Assembly (NCBI GenBank): GCA_963727255.1
Contig: CAVSFC010000002.1
Coordinates: 64,001 to 128,000 of the forward strand
Source: an uncultured bacterium
GTDB taxonomy: Bacteria; Babelota; Babeliae; Babelales; Vermiphilaceae
Direction of reading: 5' to 3'
Length of the DNA: 64,000 nt
Shown here: positions 53,648 through 63,635 of the stretch, piece after piece
How the letters are laid out: every line of letters begins with the position of its first letter
How positions within the stretch are numbered: the first letter of the stretch is position 1
Made by a program: the position numbers and the translations under genes
Notes under the pieces: generated by a model
The model's database searches: none
Seen by the model: only the letters and a program-made list of their open reading frames with translations
What the model was told of the DNA's origin: nothing

Positions 53648-54340
53648 ATGGCAAGACCATTCGGTGTTCTGAGCATTTTTACCATGTTATCTTTTTTACC
53701 CGGTTGCGGCCCAAAATCTGAGCAAATTCCAGAAATCATTGAATCAGGCAAAATTGATGAACGTAAATCAGCTCCCATGAAATTGCATATTATTGTTGGC
53801 ACCGTTAGGCAAACCCAAACAGGACATAAAATAGCAAATAATATTAAACGGATAATTGATAAGCGGCCTGAAATAAGCGCCGAAATTGTTGATATTGCAA
53901 GCTATAATTTGCCTTTCTATGCTGATCCCGTTGCTCCTGCCAAGCGCACAACTCCAATAACTGATCCAATTCTGGCAAAATGGTCTGAAAAAATTAAGCA
54001 AGCTCAGGGCTTTATAATTATCAGCCCAGTCTATAATGACGGCTATCCCGGCGCATTAAAAAATTCTTTAGATAGCCTTTATGAAGAATGGAACAATAAA
54101 CCGGTGGCATTTGTTGGTTATTCAGGTGGCCCCTCTGGCGGCGCATCAATGATCGCTCAACTGCGCCAAGTTGCGCGTGGCTTAAAGATGACGCCAGTTG
54201 CCGCTGAAATTAAGATCCCTCAATCATGGAAGGCGCTGGATGAGCAAGGGAACCTAATGAATGCCGATGCTATTGAAAAAGAAGTAAATATCATTATTGA
54301 CCAAATTCTTGAAGCGCAGAAATCGGTACAAGCAAAATAA
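53648..54340 (+). CDS. NADPH-dependent FMN reductase with a lipoprotein-like N-terminal extension
   Basis: IIVGTVR, SPVYNDGYPGALKNSLD..EWNNKP, VGYSGG; LPGC lipobox-like. Confidence 0.9.
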   Translation: MARPFGVLSIFTMLSFLPGCGPKSEQIPEIIESGKIDERKSAPMKLHIIVGTVRQTQTGHKIANNIKRIIDKRPEISAEIVDIASYNLPFYADPVAPAKRTTPITDPILAKWSEKIKQAQGFIIISPVYNDGYPGALKNSLDSLYEEWNNKPVAFVGYSGGPSGGASMIAQLRQVARGLKMTPVAAEIKIPQSWKALDEQGNLMNADAIEKEVNIIIDQILEAQKSVQAK

Positions 54341-54420
54341 TAAGCGTGCACAATTTATGTTTACTGATAGTTTTGGAAAATTAAGTGAAATATTTAAGTT
54401 TTCAAAAAAGGAGTTTTTTT

Positions 54421-55074
54421 ATGAAATACGCATCGGTATTTGTACTTGCATTAGTATTCAACAGTAATTATTTAGTCGCTATGGAAAATCAAGAACAAAA
54501 AAAACAACAGCTGCTCAGTGACTCAAAAGAAAATGAACTGAGCGCTGACGAAACAAAGCACTTTAATTGGTTTCGTGAACAACATCCCAAACTCGCTACA
54601 CATCCCCTAAAAAAATTATCTGCTGAAGATCAGAAAGCTTTCAGTAATGAGCAGCTGAGTCTAGAAAGAATAATGGATTCTCGTTCTAAGTATGTCGATG
54701 CATTCTGGGGTTTGGTAGAACAAGCAAAAATAGATCGGGATGGCTATCATAAAGATGTGCTCAAAATTGCCTGCGTAAAAACGGCTCTAAATATGCGAAC
54801 AGGAAACGTTCCAAAACCGACTGATGAAATATCTGCAAAAACCTACGTGTTTACAAAACAACTTAGTAAAGAAGAACAAGATACTTGGATGAAAGATGCT
54901 TATCTTACAATTCTTAAAGCAGCAATGCCTTCTGTTACAAAATGGAGCGACGGGGTTGCAAATTGGCTTGCCGATCTAAAACAAATTGAAAATACTCAAG
55001 AAGCAAAAGAACAAAAATCTGATGAACTATTCAAGGCAAAAATAGTCGAGCTCACCAAAGCGTATTTGAACTAA
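54421..55074 (+). CDS. Exported helical hypothetical protein
   Basis: AAGGAG RBS, signal ..YLVAME. Confidence 0.75.
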   Translation: MKYASVFVLALVFNSNYLVAMENQEQKKQQLLSDSKENELSADETKHFNWFREQHPKLATHPLKKLSAEDQKAFSNEQLSLERIMDSRSKYVDAFWGLVEQAKIDRDGYHKDVLKIACVKTALNMRTGNVPKPTDEISAKTYVFTKQLSKEEQDTWMKDAYLTILKAAMPSVTKWSDGVANWLADLKQIENTQEAKEQKSDELFKAKIVELTKAYLN

Positions 55075-55117
55075 GAGTCCCGACAAAAATGAAATACCTC
55101 TTTTTGAGGCTTATAAA

Positions 55118-56059
55118 TTATTTTTTTTCAAATAATTTTTTGTATTTTCCATACCCTTCTTTTTCTAACTCTTCAACCGGAATAAAACGCAAGGATGCTG
55201 AATTTATACAATAACGCAAACCTTTAGGTGCAGGACCATCATCAAAAACATGTCCTAAATGCGAATCGGCAGTTTTCCCGCGCACTTCGGTGCGATGCAT
55301 GCCATGGCTTATATCTTCTTTTTCAACAATTTCATTTGGTTCAAGCGGCCGCATAAAACTCGGCCATCCAGTCCCTGAATCAAATTTATCAAGAGAACTA
55401 AATAACGGCTGACCAGAAACTCGATCCACATAAATGCCGGCGCGTTTATTATCCCAATATTCATTTTTAAACGGCGGCTCAGTGCCGCATTCACGAATCA
55501 CTTGATGTTGCAGCGGGGTGAGTTTTGGTTCTGCCCATGCATTAAATAAAAATTCATCTCGGCCCGATGCTTTCCGATAGGCATGGTAGCGCTCAGGATT
55601 TTTTTTATAATATTCTTGATGATATTCCTCTGCAGGATAAAAATTAGTGTAAGCAATCAATGCAACAGAAATCGGTTTTTTAAATAATTTATTTGCTTGC
55701 AAAATATCAATCATCTTCCGGGCAATCTCTTGCTGCAATGCATCATGATAAAAAATTACTGGCCGATATCCCGGGCCACGATCAGCAAATTGCCCACCCG
55801 AATCGGTTGGATCAATTTGGTGAAAAAAAAGATTCACGAGCGTTTGATAGCTCACGCGATCCGGATCAAAAGTTACTTGGATAACTTCAACATATCCTTT
55901 TTGAGCATAATCTTGATAGGTAGGATTATCACCGGTGCCGCCTGCATAGCCAGAGATTACTTGAGTAACTCCCTCAGTATTTTCAAATGGCTGCACCATA
56001 CACCAAAAGCAGCCGCCACCAAAAGTTGCCGTTTGCAAATTTTTTTTTATACTCATCAT
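55118..56059 (-). CDS. msrAB: Bifunctional methionine sulfoxide reductase MsrA/MsrB
   Basis: GGCFWC, AEEYHQ, GTGWPSF, HLGHVF, RYCINS. Confidence 0.96.
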   Translation of the reverse strand: MMSIKKNLQTATFGGGCFWCMVQPFENTEGVTQVISGYAGGTGDNPTYQDYAQKGYVEVIQVTFDPDRVSYQTLVNLFFHQIDPTDSGGQFADRGPGYRPVIFYHDALQQEIARKMIDILQANKLFKKPISVALIAYTNFYPAEEYHQEYYKKNPERYHAYRKASGRDEFLFNAWAEPKLTPLQHQVIRECGTEPPFKNEYWDNKRAGIYVDRVSGQPLFSSLDKFDSGTGWPSFMRPLEPNEIVEKEDISHGMHRTEVRGKTADSHLGHVFDDGPAPKGLRYCINSASLRFIPVEELEKEGYGKYKKLFEKK

Positions 56060-56273
56060 TTTTTCTCCAAGTTTCTTTTTAAATGTCGTTACTCTAATAA
56101 TTTTTAATAAATTGAGCAAATATCATAGACTTTTACAGGAATTTTTGAGCAATTAAGTTGCGCTTCACTTTACACGCAACAAAACTATTTATTTATCCGC
56201 ATTGATTTTAACTTGAAGTATTGACAAAAATAAATCAACTTTCACATAATGAAATAATAAGTTAAGGGGTCGC

Positions 56274-57287
56274 GTGTTTAAAAAAATTTTTTTTCTATTT
56301 TTAGCATTACTGAATATTTCTTCAGCTGCGATGCAACTGGAAACAATCAGTTTAATTAGTTCAGATGGCAAGACGTTTATAATCTCAAAAAAAGCTGCTG
56401 AATTTTCTGGAACAATTAAAAACTTAATTAATGATATTGGCGCATCAGAGCCTATAGCATTCACGAATATTTCTAGTGAGGATTTGGAACTCATTTCATC
56501 ACATTTGCAGTTAATCGAAAATCTACAGCAAGATAGATTGGGACAATATAATTTGAGGCAGGCTCGAACTAACCTGAGACCTCAAATTAAAAAGCTTTCG
56601 CCTCAAAAACTAATCGATCTTTTACTTATAGCAAATTATCTTGATATTCAACCTTTAATCAACGCATATGCCATGGCACTTATTATGTTAATGCCTGAAG
56701 AATATTACATCTTTTCATATGGTTTTGAAAAAAAAGTAATCATTGAAAAAAGTTTTTTACAAAGCTATTTTGCCGAATTACTAAAAGATACTAAGAAAAC
56801 AATTCCTACAGAAATGATCAGCTATATGGAAAAAATGCAAAATGAAATAATAGAAGAAGTTGAGAATCGAAACAAAAAAACGATAGAATTATTTAGACTT
56901 TTAGAAGCAAAAAAAAGTAACCAAAATACAATAAAGATGAAAAAATTAATTGATGAAGGTATTAACATCAACAAGCGAGATAAATGGGGAACTCCTCTTA
57001 TTAAATCAATAATTCATAATCACTACGATATTGCATTAGATTTGATTAGTTCAGGGGCAAATGTAAATCTAGTAAGTAGTGATGGCCGAACCGCATTAAT
57101 GAAACTGGCTGCAGGTTCTGATGTAAAAAAAGAACCTTGTCCACATCTCGAAATATTTGACGCCCTTCTTAAAGCTAAAGCCGATTTAAATATAAAAGAT
57201 TTCTCTGGTAATACCGCATTATCTATAGCGGTTACCGTAGCACATAAGCCAATGATTAGGGCTCTTAAGCAAGCTGGAGCAAGATAA
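56274..57287 (+). CDS. Exported Skp1/POZ-like domain fused to ankyrin repeats
   Basis: LISSDGKTF..A..SGTIKNL, LLLIANYLDI; ankyrins GTPLI, GANVN..GRTALM, GNTAL. Confidence 0.85.
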   Translation: MFKKIFFLFLALLNISSAAMQLETISLISSDGKTFIISKKAAEFSGTIKNLINDIGASEPIAFTNISSEDLELISSHLQLIENLQQDRLGQYNLRQARTNLRPQIKKLSPQKLIDLLLIANYLDIQPLINAYAMALIMLMPEEYYIFSYGFEKKVIIEKSFLQSYFAELLKDTKKTIPTEMISYMEKMQNEIIEEVENRNKKTIELFRLLEAKKSNQNTIKMKKLIDEGININKRDKWGTPLIKSIIHNHYDIALDLISSGANVNLVSSDGRTALMKLAAGSDVKKEPCPHLEIFDALLKAKADLNIKDFSGNTALSIAVTVAHKPMIRALKQAGAR

Positions 57288-57301
57288 GTTATAGCTATCG
57301 G

Positions 57302-57357
57302 CCTGCTTGCCTGCCCGCAGAAACTTGCAGAGCCAAGGCCCGGATAAGCTGCTCTGG
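57302..57357 (-). repeat. Degenerate family B repeat
   Basis: Reverse complement CCAGAGCAGCTTATCCGGGCCTTGGCTCTGCAAG. Confidence 0.6.
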
Positions 57358-57408
57358 GACGCTCAAAAGCCCTTCGATGCAATCATAAATGTGTACGACA
57401 GTCAACGA

Positions 57409-57485
57409 TGGTGTGCCCGATAGGATTCGAACCTATGACCTACGGATTAGAAATCCGTTGCTCTATCCAGCTGAGCTACGGGCAC
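57409..57485 (-). tRNA. tRNA-Arg(TCT)
   Basis: GTGCCCG/CGGGCAC acceptor stem, ACGGA-TTTCTAA-TCCGT anticodon arm, encoded CCA. Confidence 0.95.
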
Positions 57486-57566
57486 GAGGAATTTCAGGGG
57501 TCACAAGAAAAGATAAATTATAGTATACGCAAGCCATTAAATAGCGCAAATATTTGCAAAAAAATA

Positions 57567-57588
57567 AGGCCTGCGGTTCTGCAGGCCT
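57567..57588 (-). terminator. Terminator after the aquaporin gene
   Basis: AGGCCTGC-GGTTCT-GCAGGCCT with an adjacent A-run. Confidence 0.7.
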
Positions 57589-57612
57589 CAAGTATCAATT
57601 CAAAGATTGAGC

Positions 57613-58233
57613 TTATCGCTTTTCGTCGAATCTAAAATAGTTATATGCATATGCTGCGAGAGCACCGCCCAGCAATGCCCCGCCGACATAAAGCAATAAA
57701 TTCATACCATTGAGCGGAAGGCCTTTTGCCATACCAACAATATGAGAACCCAATGCAATGGCCGGGTTAAATAAACCGCCTGAAATTGGGCTGCCTAATG
57801 CTGCCAATGCAGGGATGGTAAAACCGATAGCGAAGCCAAAAACAGAGCTATTTTTAAAGCGATCTGATATTGCAACAACCAGTACTACTAGGCAAAGTAC
57901 AAAAGCAAGAAGCACTTCAACTAAAAACGATTTTCCAAAAGGAGCTAATGGATGTGGGATGGTGAGTTGGCCACTCAAATAAAATGCGACCGCGAAAGCC
58001 AAAATACCGCCAAGCACCTGTGCGAACCAATAACGAAAAATTGAAGCCCATTGCCATCTTCCGTGCAGTCCCACTGCTAAGGTTACTGCTGGGTTATAAT
58101 GGCCACCTGAAATATAACCACCAATATATATCCATGCCATCAGCATGCATGCTATCGCTAACGCATTCGCGGTTAACGCGATGGTAAGCAAGAAGAAGAA
58201 TGTGCCGAGGAACTCCACAACTAGACGTCTCAT
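57613..58233 (-). CDS. Aquaporin (MIP family)
   Basis: EFLGTF, SGGHYNPAVT, SGGLFNPA. Confidence 0.95.
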   Translation of the reverse strand: MRRLVVEFLGTFFFLLTIALTANALAIACMLMAWIYIGGYISGGHYNPAVTLAVGLHGRWQWASIFRYWFAQVLGGILAFAVAFYLSGQLTIPHPLAPFGKSFLVEVLLAFVLCLVVLVVAISDRFKNSSVFGFAIGFTIPALAALGSPISGGLFNPAIALGSHIVGMAKGLPLNGMNLLLYVGGALLGGALAAYAYNYFRFDEKR

Positions 58234-58391
58234 AGGACTCCTTTGAAGAAAAAAAGGGGACTAGGGTTTATTAACAAGAGAAATCTAGTAACTACCGTAC
58301 CTGTAAGTCAAGAATCAAAACATACTCGCAGGTGATCTTAAGTTTGTGGCATATTAAAAAATGTTTAAACTATAAAGGGTGGGGACTCATT

Positions 58392-60356
58392 ATGAATTAT
58401 ATTACAGTTTTAACATTGGTAATTATGACTATGCCGCATTTGCAATCTCAGCCAGCATCACAGCCAGTTACGCAAGCAACCGCATCAATTAAAACGCTTT
58501 TTAGCGATAAGAAAAATTCTGATTTGTATTGGCATGCACTGATACAACTTTCTAAAAATAATAAAGATGCTGCTCTTGCTCTTATAGCGGAAGCCCAAAA
58601 AGATGATGTCCAACCTTCTTCACTCGATTTTGATCCTACTGATAGTATTGAGACATGTTTTGATAAACTTTTTATTCATTCGGTTGCTCATGATCCGCAA
58701 ACCTTGAGCTATTTTGGTCTTTTTGAATCAATTGGTTTTAAAGCTCACAATGCCCACTTAACTGATGTCACCGTCAAAGCATTTTTAGATGACCTCGAAG
58801 TAAAAAAGAAATGTCTTAAAGCGCTCAAAAAATATGAGCATCAATCGCTGAACCGCGAGCAATACATTTCATACAAAGTTATTGCTTGGATATTTGAGCA
58901 TGCGGTTGCAACAGAACCATATATCTTTCATGAATATAAATTAAACCAGATGTTTGGCATTCTTTCTGATCTTTCAAGCACATTCACCCGCTTTCATAGA
59001 TTAGAATTACCTGAAGATGCCGAGCTCTACCTTGCCCGTTTGCAAAAAATTCCTGAGCAAATTGCGCAGACCGTAGCTCTATTAGAACATCAAAAAAGTT
59101 CTGGTATTATACCGCCGATCTTTGCACTTGAAAAGGTTATTTTGAGCATCAAGAAATCCATTCCAGAGCCATTAACTGAATGCTTCTTATACACCCATCT
59201 GGCAGATGCGAGCAAAGCAATACCCGAGTGCGATCATCAGATGCTCATATCTCGCGCGCAAACCATCATGCAAACATATGTATATCCGGCTTATCAAAAA
59301 TTGCTAGGCTATTGCCAACAGCTTCATGCGGATTGCAAAAACGTGCACGGCGTTTGGGCGCTACCCAATGGAGATGCTTTTTATAAGCACTGCCTGGCCC
59401 GCCATACCACAACATCATTAACCGCCGATGAAATTCACGCATTAGGATTGCGCGAAGTTGCCATAATACAAAAAGAAATGCGCGAAATCTTTGCACGTGA
59501 AGGGATTATAAATCCTGATAAAACGGTCGGACAATTAATGCAAGAGCTCTCTAAAGATCCGCAGTTTTATTTCCCTGCAACAGAGGAGGGGCGCAAACAG
59601 TGTCTTGCGCAGTATGAGGCAATTTTAGAGCGTTGTAGAAAAGAACTGTATCCATTATTTGATATCAAACCCAAGGCGCCCGTAAAAGTTGAAGCCGTTC
59701 CTGCGCATGAAGAAGAAGGTATGCCAGGGGCCTATTATAGCGGACCAAGTTATGATGGTAAGCGCCCAGGCATTTTTTATGCTAATCTCCGTAATTTAGC
59801 CGAAATGCCCAATTTTGGCATGGAAACACTCGCTATCCATGAGGCGGAGCCAGGCCATCACTTTCAAATTGCATTGCAAAAAGAGATGGATATGCCTATA
59901 ATGCGCAAATTTAGCGAATTTACTGCATATGTTGAAGGATGGGCTCTTTACACCGAAAAATTGGCATATGAGCACAATTTTTATTCTTCTTCATTTGCGC
60001 AGCTTGGGCACTTGCAAGATGAATTATTGCGAGCAGTGCGATTGGTAGTTGATACTGGCATCCATAAGAAACGCTGGTCTCGCGAACAAGCAATAGAATA
60101 TATGGCGCAAAACACCGGCTACCATCTGAGCAATGTTATCACCGAAGTTGAGCGATATTTTGTAATGCCAGGCCAAGCATGCGCATATAAGATTGGGCAA
60201 CTTAAAATATTGGAGCTGCGCAAGCGGGCCAAAGATACACTCAAAGAGAAATTTGATATTCGAGAGTTCCATAATGTGGTACTCACCTTAGGCGCAGCCC
60301 CACTGACCGTGCTTGAAGAAGCGGTAAATGATTATATTGCTCAAAAGTTGATTTGA
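58392..60356 (+). CDS. DUF885-family protein (metallopeptidase-like)
   Basis: HEAEPGHHFQ, AYVEGWALYTE, RAVRLVVDTGIH, PGQACAYKIG. Confidence 0.92.
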   Translation: MNYITVLTLVIMTMPHLQSQPASQPVTQATASIKTLFSDKKNSDLYWHALIQLSKNNKDAALALIAEAQKDDVQPSSLDFDPTDSIETCFDKLFIHSVAHDPQTLSYFGLFESIGFKAHNAHLTDVTVKAFLDDLEVKKKCLKALKKYEHQSLNREQYISYKVIAWIFEHAVATEPYIFHEYKLNQMFGILSDLSSTFTRFHRLELPEDAELYLARLQKIPEQIAQTVALLEHQKSSGIIPPIFALEKVILSIKKSIPEPLTECFLYTHLADASKAIPECDHQMLISRAQTIMQTYVYPAYQKLLGYCQQLHADCKNVHGVWALPNGDAFYKHCLARHTTTSLTADEIHALGLREVAIIQKEMREIFAREGIINPDKTVGQLMQELSKDPQFYFPATEEGRKQCLAQYEAILERCRKELYPLFDIKPKAPVKVEAVPAHEEEGMPGAYYSGPSYDGKRPGIFYANLRNLAEMPNFGMETLAIHEAEPGHHFQIALQKEMDMPIMRKFSEFTAYVEGWALYTEKLAYEHNFYSSSFAQLGHLQDELLRAVRLVVDTGIHKKRWSREQAIEYMAQNTGYHLSNVITEVERYFVMPGQACAYKIGQLKILELRKRAKDTLKEKFDIREFHNVVLTLGAAPLTVLEEAVNDYIAQKLI

Positions 60357-60359
60357 TTT

Positions 60360-60752
60360 TTATCTATGCCAACAAATTGCTTTAGCCTCGGCCTCTTGCT
60401 TCGCCTTTTCTCGAGCTATCTCTTGCTCTGCATAACCATTCGATAACGCGGCAAAGAGTGTGCTTGCATCCCATGAGGAAAGTTGTTGCTCATGATTATT
60501 GTTCTTAAGTTTTGCCTTATAATGCCCGCCGTTAAGAACCGGATTCAAAAAAGTATTCCATTCACGCGTAACTATTGCTTCCCAGACTTCTTTTGAATTA
60601 TCCATTTTTACTTTACCTATATATTGGATAACTTTTTTCTTGTCATCTCCATTTTGCTTTCTTTCAATTACACTTTTGAAAACGTCAAAACCAATTCCCT
60701 GCAACGAAAATGAAAACATTGAAATAGAAAAAAGTATTAACTTTCTGTTCAT
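60360..60752 (-). CDS. Exported hypothetical protein
   Basis: Signal-like N-terminus MNRKLILFSISMFSFSLQG. Confidence 0.65.
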   Translation of the reverse strand: MNRKLILFSISMFSFSLQGIGFDVFKSVIERKQNGDDKKKVIQYIGKVKMDNSKEVWEAIVTREWNTFLNPVLNGGHYKAKLKNNNHEQQLSSWDASTLFAALSNGYAEQEIAREKAKQEAEAKAICWHR

Positions 60753-60899
60753 AAAAATCCTAAAAAAATTATTGAATACTTATTTAATGAGATATTCACT
60801 ATAGCAAAAAATAGCTAAAAACAAAGCAAAAAAGCCTTATTCAGCGTTTTTTTGGCATAAAAGCTTATCCGAAAATTATCATGCATAAAATTTTTATAC

Positions 60900-61086
60900 C
60901 CGCTCGTGGTGACCCCTTCGGTAAAACTCAGGAGAAACGCCCAGCCTGGCCGCCCCTTCGACTCGCCTCGCTCGCTCAGGATAAACTCGGCTTTTGGCGA
61001 CTTGTCCGGCGTAGCTTTAGCGAAGACGGAAGGCTGGCTCGAACCATTCGAGCGCTCGAATCCTTCGATAAACTCAGGACGAGCGG
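60900..61086. repeat. Composite nested palindromic repeat array (families A and D)
   Basis: GC-rich island that decomposes into at least five repeat units, several inserted inside others. Confidence 0.8.
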
Positions 61087-61202
61087 CTTTTCGAATTTTC
61101 AGATAAACTCTAAAATCAATTTCAGAACGCTTTTTTTCAAAAAACGTTTAATCTAGGGCAAATTTAGCCTATTTCTGACCATTTTTAATGCATATTTTCA
61201 AT

Positions 61203-61230
61203 TTGACAATTTTTTAAAGGCATGTAAAAT
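61203..61230 (+). promoter_or_regulatory. Sigma70-like promoter
   Basis: TTGACA-N16-TAAAAT. Confidence 0.55.
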
Positions 61231-61292
61231 AGTAATAATACCATAAAAAGCCGCCCTCGGCTTATATAAATGAGGGCAAAATGGAGAAATTT

Positions 61293-62096
61293 ATGAAAAT
61301 TATACCTAAGCTTTTATCCTTAGTGATGTTGATTCTATGCAACATCACTTTTTTTGCTCCCAGCATTGCAATGGAAGAATCCCCTACCCAAGAAAGTTCG
61401 GCCTCAGACGATTTTCTAGACTCTTATATTCGGCAACTTCCAGATGAAAAAGAAGAAGAGAATTCAAAGCAAAATAAAAAGCGTAAAGCTGAAAATGAAA
61501 GTCCCCGAGAAATCCAATCGATTGTTGCTCCAATTCGCAAAATATATTTTGAACCTGATCAGATTAAAAAAGCAATAACCGATATTATAATGCAAGAACA
61601 AGGAAAAATTTGGGCCGCTTGTTACCTGGTAACATCGGACCCATTAACTGATGCATGGATCGCGCGAAAATTTGTGCAACAGTATGAAAAAGCAAAACAA
61701 GACAATAGCATCAAGGATATGATTAGCGCAACCCAACAATTAAAAACAATAAAGGATGATATTCTCATCGTTGATAAAGAAAATTTAAAAAAAGATACCC
61801 GTGCACTGAAAAAGCTTCACGAGCATGGCATTAAAGTACTCGTTAGAACCAAAGAACGTCAACCGACCAATAAAATGCAAGCCATGCATCTAAAATTTAT
61901 GGTAATTTATGATGAAAAAAATGAACAGGGTAAATTGCTCATCAAAGGTTCATATAATTTCACCAATCAGGCGCAATACAATTTTGAAGATGTTGAAATC
62001 ACTAATGATACCAACATCATTAATCTCTATCTTGAGCAGCATGAAAAGCTTCGCGATTATTGTGAGAATTTTAATGCTCTTTCGAACTCAAAATGA
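61293..62096 (+). CDS. Exported single-HKD phospholipase D/Nuc-like protein
   Basis: MHLKFMVIYD...GSYNFT..A..NFE; signal ..SIAME. Confidence 0.82.
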   Translation: MKIIPKLLSLVMLILCNITFFAPSIAMEESPTQESSASDDFLDSYIRQLPDEKEEENSKQNKKRKAENESPREIQSIVAPIRKIYFEPDQIKKAITDIIMQEQGKIWAACYLVTSDPLTDAWIARKFVQQYEKAKQDNSIKDMISATQQLKTIKDDILIVDKENLKKDTRALKKLHEHGIKVLVRTKERQPTNKMQAMHLKFMVIYDEKNEQGKLLIKGSYNFTNQAQYNFEDVEITNDTNIINLYLEQHEKLRDYCENFNALSNSK

Positions 62097-62120
62097 TCGC
62101 CGCTTCTTATTGCAAGATTT

Positions 62121-63626
62121 TCATTCACCCTTGCCAGTGAAGACCAATGCGAATTCTTTGGCAACACCGATCAAATCATCTTTAATTTCATCGTTCACAT
62201 CGCCCGTTTGCAGAATCGCATCATAAATTGGGCGATAGACTGATTTGGTGAAGCTCACAAATTGCGTCGCAAACGCGTGTACCTTTTTTACATCAATCGC
62301 ATCAAGAAAATTTTCTTTAAGCAAAAAAAGCATTAATGCTTGATCCACAAAATTATAGGTGGTGTATTGCGGCTGTTTGAGCAGTTCAATAATGCGAGCG
62401 CCGCGCGCAAGTTTACGCTGCGAAACTTCATCAAGCTCGGTGCCAAATTGAGCAAAATCAAGCAGTTCATGATATTGCGCAAGCTCTAAGCGCAACGCTT
62501 TGGTCATTCGTTTAATTGCTGGTGTTTGGGCAGCACCGCCCACCCGAGACACCGATAATTCTACATTTACTGCGGGGCGCACACCCTGATTGAATAGCCG
62601 CGTATCCAAGAAAATTTGACCATCGGTGATAGAGATTAAATTAGTGGGAACATACGCAGTAATATCATCACTTTGAATTTGCACAATCGGTAATGCAGTA
62701 ATCGAACCGCCTGATGCTAATTTACCCGCACGCTCAAGCAAGCGAGAGTGCAGATAAAAGACATCGCCCGGATACGCCTCACGGCCCGGGGCCCTGCGCA
62801 AGAGCAAAGACATTTCACGATAGGCAATCGCATGATTTGAAAGATCATCATAAATAATTAATACATCTTTTTGCTGATCACGAAAAAATTCGCCGATTGT
62901 AGTTGCCGAATACGGCGCTAAATATTGATTTAAAACCGCCTCACTCGAATCAGCACTGACAATAATCGTATAATCAAGGGCGCCATTATCTTCCAATTCC
63001 TGAACAATGCGGGCCAAATTGGCTTGGCGTTGCGCAATTGAAACATAGATGCAAACAACATTTTTGCCCCGTTGATGCACAATGGTATCAAGCACTATTG
63101 AAGTTTTGCCCGTATTGCGATTGCCAATAATCAGTTCACGTTGGCCTCTGCCAACCGGCACTAATGCATCGATAGCAAGAATGCCTGTTTCTAATGATTC
63201 ATTTACCGGGCTGCGTTCAGTGATGCCGGCAACCGGTGCTTCTACGGGTCGCATTTGCTCAGCTTTTATTGGCCCGAGTGCATCAATTGGTTTGCCTAGC
63301 GCATTAAGAACACGGCCCATCATCGCATTGCTGACGGGAACTCTAAAAACATCATCGGTTCGTTTGGCAACTTCTAATTCTGCAACCGGAATACTATTAT
63401 CAAGCAAGAATATCGCAACTGAATCTTCATCAAGATTAAAAATAATTCCGCTATTGCCCCCTTCAAATTCAATCAACTCGCCATACATCGCTTTTTTTAA
63501 TCCATGTACCAAGCAGATATTATCACCTACTTTAATCACCAGACCAATTTCTTCAAGCCTCTCATCAGAAAACCCTTTAAGCGCTTTTTCAAATAATGAG
63601 ACAAGATCAGTTGTTTTAATATCCAT
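62121..63626 (-). CDS. atpA: F1Fo ATP synthase subunit alpha
   Basis: GRGQRELIIG..TGKT, RRAPGREAYPGDVFYLHSRLLERA, ISITDGQI. Confidence 0.97.
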   Translation of the reverse strand: MDIKTTDLVSLFEKALKGFSDERLEEIGLVIKVGDNICLVHGLKKAMYGELIEFEGGNSGIIFNLDEDSVAIFLLDNSIPVAELEVAKRTDDVFRVPVSNAMMGRVLNALGKPIDALGPIKAEQMRPVEAPVAGITERSPVNESLETGILAIDALVPVGRGQRELIIGNRNTGKTSIVLDTIVHQRGKNVVCIYVSIAQRQANLARIVQELEDNGALDYTIIVSADSSEAVLNQYLAPYSATTIGEFFRDQQKDVLIIYDDLSNHAIAYREMSLLLRRAPGREAYPGDVFYLHSRLLERAGKLASGGSITALPIVQIQSDDITAYVPTNLISITDGQIFLDTRLFNQGVRPAVNVELSVSRVGGAAQTPAIKRMTKALRLELAQYHELLDFAQFGTELDEVSQRKLARGARIIELLKQPQYTTYNFVDQALMLFLLKENFLDAIDVKKVHAFATQFVSFTKSVYRPIYDAILQTGDVNDEIKDDLIGVAKEFALVFTGKGE

Positions 63627-63635
63627 AATTTTTCC

